Part shown: positions 51,925 to 63,025 of the stretch, piece after piece | How positions within the stretch are numbered: the stretch's first letter is position 1 | How the letters are laid out: the number at the start of each line of letters is the position of its first letter | The notes under the pieces: model-generated | What the model was told of the DNA's origin: nothing | Seen by the model: the letters and a program-made list of their open reading frames with translations, nothing else | Databases searched by the model: none | Made by a program: the position numbers and the translations under genes | Assembly: GCA_964016885.1 (NCBI GenBank) | Contig: OZ024760.1 | Coordinates: forward strand, 9,982,001-10,046,000 | Direction: 5' to 3' | DNA: 64,000 nt | Origin: Eledone cirrhosa | Lineage: Eukaryota

Positions 51925-54900
51925 ATGACCTCACTCAGAATAGGCAGCATAAATGCGCGTGGCTTGGGGTCGTCATGGAAGCAGGGTCACCTGCTCAACG
52001 ACCTCAGGTCACTAAACATAGATGTAGTGGCCATCAGCGAGACCAGAATCTCCGAAGCACGGGCCTTCGCACCGATCTTCGGCGGCTACGATGTGTACGC
52101 ATCTCCCAGCCGTCCTGGATCCGGTGGAGGAGTTGCTGTGCTTTTTCGGAGAGGTTTGGATCTCGCCATACGGGCCATCTTCCTGGACCCAGAGGGTAAG
52201 CTGGTGGTGCTGGACGTGACCAGCGGAGACGGGCAAGCTTTCAGGCTAGTGGCCGTCTATGCCCCGACAGGAGCAGGGCGGCCTGATTTCTTCCGGCGTC
52301 TGGAGACCTTTCTTGGAACGTCCCGCTCTTTAGTGTTAGTGGGCGACTGGAACGGGATCTTAGATGCACGCTGGGACTGTGTGGGATTAGCGGATAGGGG
52401 TGGAGGGTGCAAGAGCCTCACCAACCTGCTCAGGCGTTTTGAACTGTCTGACAGGTACCGATTGGATTTCCCGAATGTGCCAATGTGGACTTGGACAAAC
52501 CGCATAGGGTCATCCAGATCATATCTAGATAGAGTATTTTGTAGGGAAATAGATAGGTCTAGCATAGGCTGTCCACAATTCAAGATAGTCAGCTACACGG
52601 ACCACAAATTCGTGACCTGTGTGCTTGACTTAGATAGGCTTCATAGACGAGGACCCGGCTACTGGAAGCTAAACGCGTCCTTACCAGCGCGCAAGGCCTA
52701 CAGAGACCGGATTAGCGAACTAGTTAAGCGGGCGTTGACGGGGGCCATCGTCAACAACAAGTGGTGGTTTGCTCTGAAAAGAGCGATTAGAATAGAATCG
52801 ATTAGGTTTAGTAAGGCTTTAGCAATAGAGAAAAATAGAGCAGAGGGAGAACTAGTTAGAAAATTAGACGAGGCGCTTAGCAAAGGCATTGCGACCGACG
52901 TGCTTGCGGCGAAATTGGCCCTTGACCAATTCTTCAATGCAAAGCACGAAGGCTGCGTTGTCAGAGCTAGGGTGCGTGCTCTCAGACACGAGGGGACGAA
53001 AGCCGTTCAATGGGCCCGAGTGGCGGAGGCGCGTCGTGGCAACAAAGCCACGATCCGGTCTTTGGTGGACCACGACGGGCGCATGCTACTCGATCCTGGG
53101 CAAATGTGTGAAGCTTTTCAGCGACACTTCGCTCAGCTGTTCGGGGGCAGCGGGGGGCCGGGTAGAGGGATGGACTTTAGTGTCTACCTCGACGGACTGC
53201 CGCGGCTCTCGGCCACTGAGGCGAAGTGTTGCGAAAAGCCAATAACAGCCGCTGAAGTACGGGAGGCAATGACTGGCTGCACAAGGGGTAAATCGCCTGG
53301 TTTGGATGGTCTGCCCTATGAACTTTACGTACAGATGCCAGACTTGTTCGGAGGCCTCTTGGCGGACGTCTACTGCAACTGGCAACAGAACGGGAGAATT
53401 CCCAGTTCTGTGAGCCGAGGAGCGGTGGCACTGCTGAGAAAGGATCCGAACAAGGGGGATAACATAGACAATTTCCGGCCCATAACTCTGCTAAACACAG
53501 AGTTTAAGATTTTGGCCAAGGTGCTAGCAAAGAGGTTGGCGCTTGTCGTTGGTGGTCTGGTGGGAGAGGCGCAGACATGCGCCATTCCCGACAGATCCAT
53601 CCACGACAACCTCCACCTCATGCGATACATCGTAGAGAGGGTAGCTAGGGAACCTGGCACGGGTGGGTCCTTGATCAATTTAGATCAGTCGAAAGCTTTC
53701 GATAGGGTCGACCATCGTTACCTAGCGGCAGTCCTGAGGGCGGCTGGCTTTGGGCCCGTCTTCAGAGGCTGGATCGCTGCCATGCACAGCGACATCTGCT
53801 CTGTGGTGAGAGTGAACGGTCACCTGTCGGAACCGTTCAACATCATGCGCTCGGTCCGCCAAGGATGTCCCCTCTCGTCCCTCTTGTACGTATTGACTCT
53901 CGAGCCATTACTGCACAAACTGGAGACGTTGAGGGGAGTCCCGCGCGAACTAGGATGCGGAAGATCCGTGTCAGCATATGCGGACGATGTCACCGTAGTG
54001 GTGTCGAACGCCAAACACATCGAGGCGATCGGCACTACACTAAGAGAATACGAAGCGGTGACAGGAGCAATGATCAACCAGGAAAAGTCAGTGGGCCTGC
54101 AGCTCGGCACCTGGAGAGGCAGGTCCATGCCGTCCAACAGCGTCGTCGGGCGCTGGACGGACGGACCGGTTAAATTGCTAGGGGTCTGGTTCGGTCCGGA
54201 CCTCCAGACGGACAAAAACTGGGACGAGGTGACGAGCAGGGTGGCTTCTCTCACCCAGAAATGGGCGGAGAGGAAGCTATCCCTGAAAGGTCGAGCGGAG
54301 GTGGCTAACGCGTACATCGCGTCTGTCATCTGCTACCGCCTAACCGTCGTACCTTGTCCTAAGCCTCGCCTGACTGCGCTGGAGCGTTTGCTCTTTCGCT
54401 TTTTGTGGAAGGGACGTGCTCCGATGGTCAGGCGGTCCATCTGTTGTCAACACCCGCTACGTGGAGGGCTGGGCATGCCGTGGCTGATGATGCGCAGGCA
54501 CGCGCTCAGGCTACGACATCTCCACCTCTTCCTCGACGGTGATCAGGTGTGGTCGCCGTTTGCTAGACGCGTTTTTCCCCAGCTCGTTTCCTTGACGGAG
54601 CTGCAGTCCTGGGTCAAGCGAAGACCGAGAGGGAGCGCCTGGAGACTGGAATGTCTTCAGGCGCTCACAGCCCTCGACCAATCGGGCAATGTGATCGGTG
54701 GAAACTCCACCTCGGCGTTCTATAGAGGATTAGTGGAGGGGAAGAGCGACGACGTACTTGGGGAAACTCTAGGCGTCGACGAAAATCAACTAGCCAATCT
54801 CTTCGGAAGAACCTTCGGGCCAGGGCCTATGGACAACTTCCAGAAATCTCTGGCCTGGCAGTGCTACCGAGGAGCCTTGCCAGTTCGGGATAAACTCTAC

Positions 54901-55344
54901 AGGCATGGAGGTGCCGTCAGCCGGGCATGTCCGAGATGCGCGCAGGGCGACGAAACCGTCCTGCACGCACTCGTCCAGTGTCCGAAAATTGCTGACTTGT
55001 GGGTTTATGTCGAACACCTGCTGTCGCGTTTAGGACGGATCCAGCTATCATCTGAGTCCATCGTGAGGATTGCCCCGCCCTCCTCCTTTAGCCGGGAAGG
55101 GCAGGCAGTTTTTATCTGTCTGGTGGCCATGGCGAAAGAGATAGTATGGTGGACACGTTTGAAAGGGCTGAAGACGAGCACTTACCTCTTCGGTGATGCT
55201 CTGATTGACTTTTTCAAATTTCATTTGAAAAGGAAAATCAGAGTAGAGAGGGAAGTGCTCTCTTCCCAGCATTTTGTTGAAAGATGGGTGAGAGAAGCAA
55301 GAATGGCCCGAGTGAATGGGCCGACTCTGAGTATATATCTGTAA
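51925..55344 (+). CDS. Tx1 ORF2 copy 2 (APE-RT-CCHC), intact 1139 aa
   Basis: Same motifs as copy 1; 3 amino-acid differences seen (I/T, R/K, M/K). Confidence 0.97.
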   Translation: MTSLRIGSINARGLGSSWKQGHLLNDLRSLNIDVVAISETRISEARAFAPIFGGYDVYASPSRPGSGGGVAVLFRRGLDLAIRAIFLDPEGKLVVLDVTSGDGQAFRLVAVYAPTGAGRPDFFRRLETFLGTSRSLVLVGDWNGILDARWDCVGLADRGGGCKSLTNLLRRFELSDRYRLDFPNVPMWTWTNRIGSSRSYLDRVFCREIDRSSIGCPQFKIVSYTDHKFVTCVLDLDRLHRRGPGYWKLNASLPARKAYRDRISELVKRALTGAIVNNKWWFALKRAIRIESIRFSKALAIEKNRAEGELVRKLDEALSKGIATDVLAAKLALDQFFNAKHEGCVVRARVRALRHEGTKAVQWARVAEARRGNKATIRSLVDHDGRMLLDPGQMCEAFQRHFAQLFGGSGGPGRGMDFSVYLDGLPRLSATEAKCCEKPITAAEVREAMTGCTRGKSPGLDGLPYELYVQMPDLFGGLLADVYCNWQQNGRIPSSVSRGAVALLRKDPNKGDNIDNFRPITLLNTEFKILAKVLAKRLALVVGGLVGEAQTCAIPDRSIHDNLHLMRYIVERVAREPGTGGSLINLDQSKAFDRVDHRYLAAVLRAAGFGPVFRGWIAAMHSDICSVVRVNGHLSEPFNIMRSVRQGCPLSSLLYVLTLEPLLHKLETLRGVPRELGCGRSVSAYADDVTVVVSNAKHIEAIGTTLREYEAVTGAMINQEKSVGLQLGTWRGRSMPSNSVVGRWTDGPVKLLGVWFGPDLQTDKNWDEVTSRVASLTQKWAERKLSLKGRAEVANAYIASVICYRLTVVPCPKPRLTALERLLFRFLWKGRAPMVRRSICCQHPLRGGLGMPWLMMRRHALRLRHLHLFLDGDQVWSPFARRVFPQLVSLTELQSWVKRRPRGSAWRLECLQALTALDQSGNVIGGNSTSAFYRGLVEGKSDDVLGETLGVDENQLANLFGRTFGPGPMDNFQKSLAWQCYRGALPVRDKLYRHGGAVSRACPRCAQGDETVLHALVQCPKIADLWVYVEHLLSRLGRIQLSSESIVRIAPPSSFSREGQAVFICLVAMAKEIVWWTRLKGLKTSTYLFGDALIDFFKFHLKRKIRVEREVLSSQHFVERWVREARMARVNGPTLSIYL

Positions 55345-55604
55345 ACTAAAGGTGGAAAACTGGGAGAGGGCACTTGCCTTGGTGGTCAGGGTCATTGTGG
55401 CTTTTTACTGGGCTTTCTCCACAAATGTCCCTCCGAAGTCTCCCCCCTATTGGGGAATTTTTCATTGTTATTTTCATTGTTATTTTTGTTACATCCTCTG
55501 TTTTTGTTTTTTTACACGCAGAAATGCCCATTTGTACCGTCCTGCATTGTCCTGCACTGTCCTTAATGTCTACTTTATGTAAACCCTTGTGGTTAATAAA
55601 GAAA

Positions 55605-55678
<74 letters not shown>

Positions 55679-56190
55679 GTTGTTCTTTGAGTGTCAGTCA
55701 TTGATGTTATTTAACTGGAAAGTTTGTTGAAATGAATATCAAGCCACTACCTGCAGCCTCAGATATTCAGGACGTATCGGATGGTTCTTGCTGTTCCCAG
55801 CAAGCATGCCTTTTGAAGCCTTCCAAAAAGCGTGGCGGGGCCAATTTTCTTTAACCATCCCTGGAAACTTTTTGAGATAGTACCTAGTGCTCCTATGACA
55901 ATCGGGACCACTTTGACTTCATGGCAGTTCCAAATCCTTTTTACCTCCCACTTTAAGTCCTGGTATCGGTTAATTTTCTCCCTCTCCTTCTCTTGCACTC
56001 TCGTGTCGAATGGGCAGGCCACATCCACAATCAGGTACGATCTTTTTTCCTTGTCCAAAACCACCAGGTTAGGTCTATTGTGTTCCAGTTTCTTGTCCGT
56101 CTGTATCCTAAAATCCCACAGCACCTTCACCTGATCGTTTTCTATCACCGACTCTGGCTTATGCTCATACCACTTCTCAGAATGTGGTAA
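55679..56190 (-). mobile_element. 5'-truncated R4/Dong-clade retrotransposon (restriction-like endonuclease end) with (TAA)n tail
   Basis: KWYEHKPESVIEN..KVLWDF.IQTD..LEHNRPN(D)LVV..IVDVACP..EK..Y..L..VVPIVIGALG..LQKACLLGTA; stop at 55759-55761, short 3'UTR, then (TAA)n. Confidence 0.85.
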
Positions 56191-56265
56191 ATTGGTTACT
56201 TTGCATAGGTGGGGTCGATCTAATAGAGTTTTACACTCTCCCAAAATCGTTGGCTTTGTGCCTGG

Positions 56266-56485
56266 GGTGGATTGGCAGTATCGGTAGAGGGTCAGACGAC
56301 ATGCTTTGCTGCATAGGGTTACATCCCTTTACAGTCTGCGTTCAAATGCCGCCGAGGTTAACTTTGCCTTTCATCCTTACGGAGGTCGATAATATAAAGT
56401 ACCAGTAATGCACTGGAGTTGATTTAATCGGCTTCTCCATCCCCCCAAAATTGCTGGCCTTGTGCCTAAAGTAGAAATCATTATT
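56266..56485 (+). mobile_element. Family-A SINE
   Basis: Family match. Confidence 0.8.
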
Positions 56486-56506
56486 ATTATGCTTTCATAT
56501 TATTAT

Positions 56507-56880
56507 GCGGTGGATTGGCAGTATCGGTAGAGGGTCGGACGCCATGTTAGGGCGGTGGATTGGCAGTATCGGTAGAGGGTCGGACGCCATGTTAGGGCGG
56601 TGGTTTGGCAGTACCGGTAGAGGGTCGGACGCCATGTTAGGGCGGTGGATTGGCAGTATCGGTAGAGGGTCGGACGCCATGTTAGGGCGGTGGTTTGGCA
56701 GTATCGGTAGAGGGTCGGACGCCATGCTTTCCAGCATAGTTACGTCCCTTTACGATCTGAGTTCAAATCCCGCCGAGGTCGACTTTGCCTTTCATCCTTA
56801 CGGGGTCGATAAAATAAAGTACCAGTAATGCACTGGGGGTATTGCTGGCCTTGTGCCTAACGTAGAAACCATTATTATTA
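56507..56880 (+). mobile_element. Family-A SINE with its 5' 45 bp repeated 5 times
   Basis: GCGGTGGATTGGCAGTATCGGTAGAGGGTCGGACGCCATGTTAGG units running into a full SINE body. Confidence 0.88.
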
Positions 56881-57749
56881 TGCTTTCTTGATAGAGACAT
56901 CAACGACGAGTTATGCTGTTGGTCCACATTGGGTTTCACACTTTCCCAGATGATATTGGTTCTGGTTTTGTGTTTCTTTATATTTTTTCTTTACTTTCTG
57001 AAAGCTTCTAAATAATTATTGATGGCAATTGAGACAATAACAACAACAACAACAACACAACAGCGGCGGCGGCGGCCGCAACAGCAAGAACAATAACAAC
57101 AACAGCAACAAAAATAATAAATAGAAAGACGTCGCAGTTAGGAGAACAACTAGACTTAACCTTATCCAAGAGTTTGCAATATCTGCGTGAGCTAGAGATG
57201 TGTCTATTGTGATAAGGATTATCATGTTCTTTCTCTTTGTTATATAAAGAATGACATTTAAACTAAAAGGGGTCTAAACTACTTAATGTAATATTTGTCT
57301 GCGTCTTATTGCTCAGATTGTATTTTGTCTTTAAAGTTTGTCTGAAAAAGTTTTATCTTTTATATATAATACCCGATATTTGTTTTGCATTTATTTATTT
57401 ATTTATTTATCTATCTATTCATTTATTTACATATCTATTTATTTATATATCTATCTATATTAATGCGTTTAAACATTTTAGCTTCTTTTACTATTAGCCA
57501 CAGTTGGAAACGCACACTTCCAAAATGGCGAATCATATGACGGCTAGTCTTGAAATATACTAGGTTTTTCAAGGCTGGGGATGGGGATTAAGTAGCATAA
57601 TTATTAAATCTAAAGTGTGTGTGTGTCTGAATAATAAATGCAGTGACAGACACACACACATGTACACACATCTTGTATAATAAATAAAATATTTAATCAC
57701 GTTCCAATGACCTTAAAAAACATTAATTAACACTTTTCGTACGTACATA

Positions 57750-58225
57750 CATTCATGATGGCTGCCCCCTCGTTATTGAGTATGACCATTGCACGATATA
57801 CCATTATTAATAATAATTAATTAATTCCATCGTGCAATGCCTGTGCGTGAAGATATTTTTTAAAGTGACGAAAGACTGGCACTGAGCCAATCCCACTCTC
57901 TGAGCGACAGTAGCTATAACCCGAAAAGAAGAAAAGATCAACATCATCGGTAACTACTGAACCGCACGTTTTATATCGGAGTTATCCCAGTTTCCTGAGT
58001 TGCCTTCTCCTAGAAGAATGCCCTGACAAAGGCTAGGGGTCCTTCATTCCCAGTGGTTTAACCGCGCGATCGGGTGTCCAACCTGATTATTTCTATGTCT
58101 CCGCGCATATACATACACATGCACCCATGCATATACACATATAACATATACACACACATGTACATGTGTATATACATATTTACACACTTTTGGGTGGCCG
58201 TTGACCCTTATGAGTTCTTCCGCCA
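57750..58225 (-). mobile_element. Diverged (CATA)n-flanked non-autonomous RTE-like element
   Basis: Shares TTCTCCTAGA..TGCC.TGACAAAGGCTA and TGGCCGTTGAC motifs with 41828-42380. Confidence 0.55.
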
Positions 58226-58533
58226 TACATACATACATACATTCATACATACATACATACATTCATACATACATACATACATACATACATACATACATAC
58301 ATACATACATACATACATACATACATACATACATACATACATAGTCTACAAATGGCTGCGATAGCTGGCACCTTCAAAATTTGCAAAACATTCTTGCGAT
58401 TCAAGGGATGACAATTTCTTTTCTTTTACAACCTTGCCACCAGGAAGGTGGCCAGTCAAAAAAAAAAAAAAAAGAGAAAAGAAAGATAGAGCATACATAC
58501 ATACATACATACATACATACATACATACATACA

Positions 58534-59070
58534 TGACTACAACTCGATTTTCAGTAATGCCATCGCTTGATACTTAAGTATGAGCATCACAGGCTTGGCT
58601 TTTCAGTCCTCCTATGGACCTGCCTATGGCCAGCAATGCCATGCATCGCAAAAAATGCCACATATCAAGTGATGTCTGTGCTTGAAGCTTTTTTAAGTGA
58701 GGAAAGGCTTTGCACGGGGCCAATTCCACTCTCTGAACATCGAATGCATTACCCAAAAAGTAGAACTGGTCTACATCATTAGATGCAAACGAAGTCCCAG
58801 GTTTTGTATCAGAGTTACCTTCTCCTAGAGAGATGTCTTAATGAAGACTAGGAGTCTCTCGCTCCACAAAAAAAAAAATCTTTATTGGATGGCCGTTGAC
58901 TCTCTTGAGTTCCTCTACCCGTTGACGGGTCTTGTTTTTCATCCTGCAGAGTGTAGTGTCCAAAATCACCTTCCTCGTCAAGCAGGCTTGGTGAGGGTCC
59001 CGGTTTAGTCGCCGACGACACTACCATGCAACAGCTGTACTGGATTACATGTTACCGGGAGCGCCGAAGA
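58534..59070 (-). mobile_element. Diverged non-autonomous RTE-like element with intact structured 5' end
   Basis: Shares GGTAACATGTA..CCAGTACA..GGCGACTAAAC 5' motif with 21806-22411; ends in (TATG)n. Confidence 0.6.
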
Positions 59071-59105
59071 ATGTGTGTGTGTGTCTCTGTGTGTGTGTGT
59101 GTCTG

Positions 59106-59152
<47 letters not shown>

Positions 59153-59309
59153 AGTGTGTCTGTGTGTCTGTGTGTGTGTGATCTATATTTACTACTCACT
59201 GTTTAAGGGTTAGTCCACCTCGTGGTTCCGCTTGACAGAATGTGTGTGTGTCTGGTCTGTGTGTGTGTGTGTGTGTGTCTGGTCTGTGTGTGTGTGTGTC
59301 TGTGTGTGT

Positions 59310-59520
59310 GTGATCTATATTTACTACTCACTGTTTAAGGGTTAGTCCGCCTCGTGGTTCCGCTTGACAGAATGTAGAAGACATTACCCCGGAGGATAGC
59401 GAGAGTGAGGCGCTGGTACAGACATTCCCTCTTGCGGATAGCCAACTCCTCTCCGATAGCAGTGGGTGGGCCTGAGTTGTGCGGGCCAAGAACACAGGGT
59501 CGACCACAACCCTGTAATAG
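59310..59520 (-). mobile_element. CRE-like (restriction-like endonuclease) retrotransposon 3' fragment ending in (CA)n; 3' end duplicated at ~59180-59242
   Basis: RECLYQRLTLAILRGNVFYIL resembles the QRxSxAIQRGNAxxI C-terminal motif of CRE/NeSL-type elements. Confidence 0.6.
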
Positions 59521-59539
59521 AGTGGTCCACACTCTAGAC

Positions 59540-59896
59540 CAGAGATTCTCAAACATTTTGGGTCCCCTCCCTCACGGCCACGTAATACCATCAGCGACCC
59601 CCAACCCCTATTTCCAGAGAGACCTACCTACACACAAATTGTAAATAATATATAATAAATAAAATCGTTAATTTATATATAATAAATAATATAATATATA
59701 CTATATATAAATAAATATATATTTTTTATTTTACTATATTTATATATAATATGTATCATTTGATATTTAATATACTATTATATCCTCTTTGCCGCGCCCC
59801 ACCCCTACTATCCCCTTAGGCCCCAACTCCCCCTGGACCTTCTCAACGCCCCCTGGGGCGGGGGGGGGGGGGTAGCACCCACTTTGAGAACCTCTG
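59540..59896. mobile_element. hAT-like MITE
   Basis: TIRs CAGAGATTCTCAAA / TTTGAGAACCTCTG; inverted homologue of 25483-26129. Confidence 0.7.
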
Positions 59897-60517
59897 TTCT
59901 AATTACTGCCAATTCGCCACCATAGAATTCCTATATATGCAATTAAATCAAAATTACAGAGCTAGCGTCGTTTAGTTTCGTATTCAATAACTTTCATGTA
60001 ATCGTGGGCGAAAGTAAGGGAGTAAACAGTTAGTTAGTTCAGATGTGGTAGTGGTCTTTGTAGGATTAATACAAGAGTCTAGGAAAAGGGAGGTAACCAG
60101 GTATATGTGAGCTAACTACAGAAAAAACCTTCCATACATCTCTTAATAAAACGCTCAGTGAGTAATCCCAGTAATCCCTCCATATTAATTTCAGAATCTT
60201 TAATTTCCGTTGTAGTACATGTATTCATTAACATCCTAAAAGACTTCAATACTTGCAAAGCCCTTAACCAAAACATTTATTATTATTATTATTATTTTTA
60301 TTTACAATTGACATCCTATTGAAGAAATTTGTACGAAATTTAAAATGATTCAACAATTCATTTCTTCTATAATTCAGGCATTTAATCATTCTTTCTTTCA
60401 TCAATTCGGTTATTCACTTATTCAAGAATTAACACATTAAGGAATTAAGGAACGAAGATATTCCACCAATCGGTTATGCAGCACAGTGCCTTCCAATAAT
60501 CAAGACTGTCCAACTCG

Positions 60518-61798
60518 AATGAAAGACACTGTCTATGTCTTTAAACCTTTCATTACCATATTTCTAATGAAAGACACTGTCTATGTCTTTAAACCTTTCA
60601 TTACCATATTTCTAATGAAAGACACTGTCTATGTCATTAACCCTTTCATTACCATATTTCTAATGAAAGACAGTGTCTATGTCATTAACCCTTTCATTAC
60701 CATATTTCTAATGAAAGACACTGTCTATGTCTTTAAACCTTTCATTACCATATTTCTAATGAAAGACACTGTCTGTGTCTTTAAACCTTTCATTACCATA
60801 ATTCTAATGAAAGACACTGTCTATGTCGTTAACCCTTTCATTACCATATTTCTAATGAAAGACACAGTCTATGTCATTAACCCTTTCATTACCATATTTC
60901 TAATGAAAGACAGTCTATGTCATTAACCCTTTCATTACCATATTTCTAATGAAAGACACTGTCTATGTCGTTAACCCTTTCATTACCATATTTCTAATGA
61001 AAGACACTGTCTATGTCTTTAAACCTTTCATTACCATATTTCTAATGAAAGACACTGTCTATGTCATTAACCCTTCCATTACCATATTTCTAATGAAAGA
61101 CACTGTCTCTGTCATTAACCCTTTCATTACCATATTTCTAATGAAAGACACTGTCTATGTCATTAACCCTTCCATTACCATATTTCTAATGAAAGACACT
61201 GTCTATGTCATTAACCCTTTCATTACCATATTTCTAATGAAAGACACTGTCTATGTCATTAACCCTTCCATTACCATATTTCTAATGAAAGACACTGTCT
61301 ATGTCATTAACCCTTTCATTACCATATATCTAATGGAAGATACTGTCTATATCATTAACCCTTTCATTACCATATTTCTAATGAAAGACACTGTCTATGT
61401 CATTAACCCTTTCATTACCATATATCTAATGAAAGATACTGTCTATATCATTAACCCTTCCATTACCATATGTCTAATGAAAGACACTGTCTATGTCATT
61501 AACCCTTTCATTACCATATTTCTAATGAAAGACACTGTCTATGTCATTAACCCTTTCATTACCATATTTCTAATGAAAGACACTGTCTATGTCATTAACC
61601 CTTTCATTACCATATATCTAATGAAAGATACTGTCTATATCATTAACCCTTTCATTACCATATTTCTAATGAAAGACACTGTCTATGCCATTAACCCTTT
61701 CATTACCATATTTCTAATGAAAGGCACTGTCTATGTCATTAACCCTTTCATTGCCATATTTCTAATGAAAGATACTGTCTATGTCATTAACCCTTTCA
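60518..61798. repeat. 48-bp palindromic minisatellite, ~27 copies
   Basis: AATGAAAGACACTGTCTATGTCATTAACCCTTTCATTACCATATTTCT. Confidence 0.97.
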
Positions 61799-61836
61799 AT
61801 AGGTTTCCGTTCTATGCCTCAAGCCGGTGTGACGTA

Positions 61837-61875
<39 letters not shown>

Positions 61876-61902
61876 TAATGTGGAGAGGGGGCACATTAGT
61901 TA

Positions 61903-61948
<46 letters not shown>

Positions 61949-62012
61949 ACAGGGGGAAAGAGACGATTATGAGGAAGAAAATTTTTTTTTCTCGAGGAAC
62001 GATCTACTAATG

Positions 62013-62107
<95 letters not shown>

Positions 62108-62535
62108 ACACTGGAAGGTAATATCCGTAGTGGTAGAGCACTCTGTCCGTGGGACGAGTTTGGTAGAAGTGGTTACACAACAGTTAGTTCACCACACCGA
62201 GAACAACTGTTTCACACCACCACCACCACAACCACCACCTCCACCACCACCACCAACACAACCACCACCTCCACCACCACCTCCACCTCCACCACCACAA
62301 CCACCACATGCTTCAAAGCGAACTGATTTAAAAAACAATATCATTTTTTTTTCTAAACTTGAATAATCTATTAATTTCCTCTGTAAATTCTCTCATCCCT
62401 TCATTCACCCATTCAACAATTCTTCCATTCTCCCATTCCATTCTATTCCGTTCTCTTCCATTCCCTGGTGTTCCTTATTTTCTCAGTGTACAAAGCTTCC
62501 ATTATAAAAGCAGTTGTCTGCTCTAGAACTAATTA

Positions 62536-62600
<65 letters not shown>

Positions 62601-62613
62601 TTTCCCTCTCGTC

Positions 62614-62702
<89 letters not shown>

Positions 62703-62789
62703 AAAGGTAAACAGAAATAACAACACAATCATCGGTACAGTATATGGAAGGAATATTATAGGTTAGCGCTTTAAATAGCAGGGAGAGGG

Positions 62790-62825
62790 TCTTAACGTTT
62801 CGGACGCTAGTCCTTCATCAGAAGA
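62790..62825 (-). ncRNA. Minimal type-I hammerhead ribozyme motif (PLE type)
   Basis: UCUU-CUGAUGA-A-GGAC/UAGC/GUCC-GAAA-CG-UU-AAGA: perfect stem I and II, palindromic ACGU in place of stem III. Confidence 0.7.
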
Positions 62826-62927
62826 AAGAATGAGAAATAAGATAGATTGAGGGGACGGGCGGGGTTGGAATTAGAAAAAAATGTCTTTGAATAAAAATAA
62901 CAGGTCCATTCATGTTGACATCTCTTG

Positions 62928-63019
<92 letters not shown>

Positions 63020-63025
<6 letters not shown>

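Larger units (their letters stand above)
49576..55606 (+). mobile_element. Full-length Tx1-clade element, copy 2 (head-to-tail with copy 1)
   Basis: Same organisation; about 20 differences from copy 1 by eye; AATAAA at 55595 then (ATT)n to ~55678. Confidence 0.95.

Noticed and set aside
43842-55730. Many short overlapping and antisense ORFs within the Tx1 copies
   Set aside because: Expected shadows of GC-rich coding sequence; no motifs
57016-57225. Hydrophobic minus-strand ORF resembling a membrane peptide, or a possible exon 2
   Set aside because: Hydrophobicity comes from (AAC)n repeats; no TGF-beta similarity on either strand
59930-60517. Possible decayed retroelement coding sequence
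   Set aside because: No motif identifiable with confidence by eye
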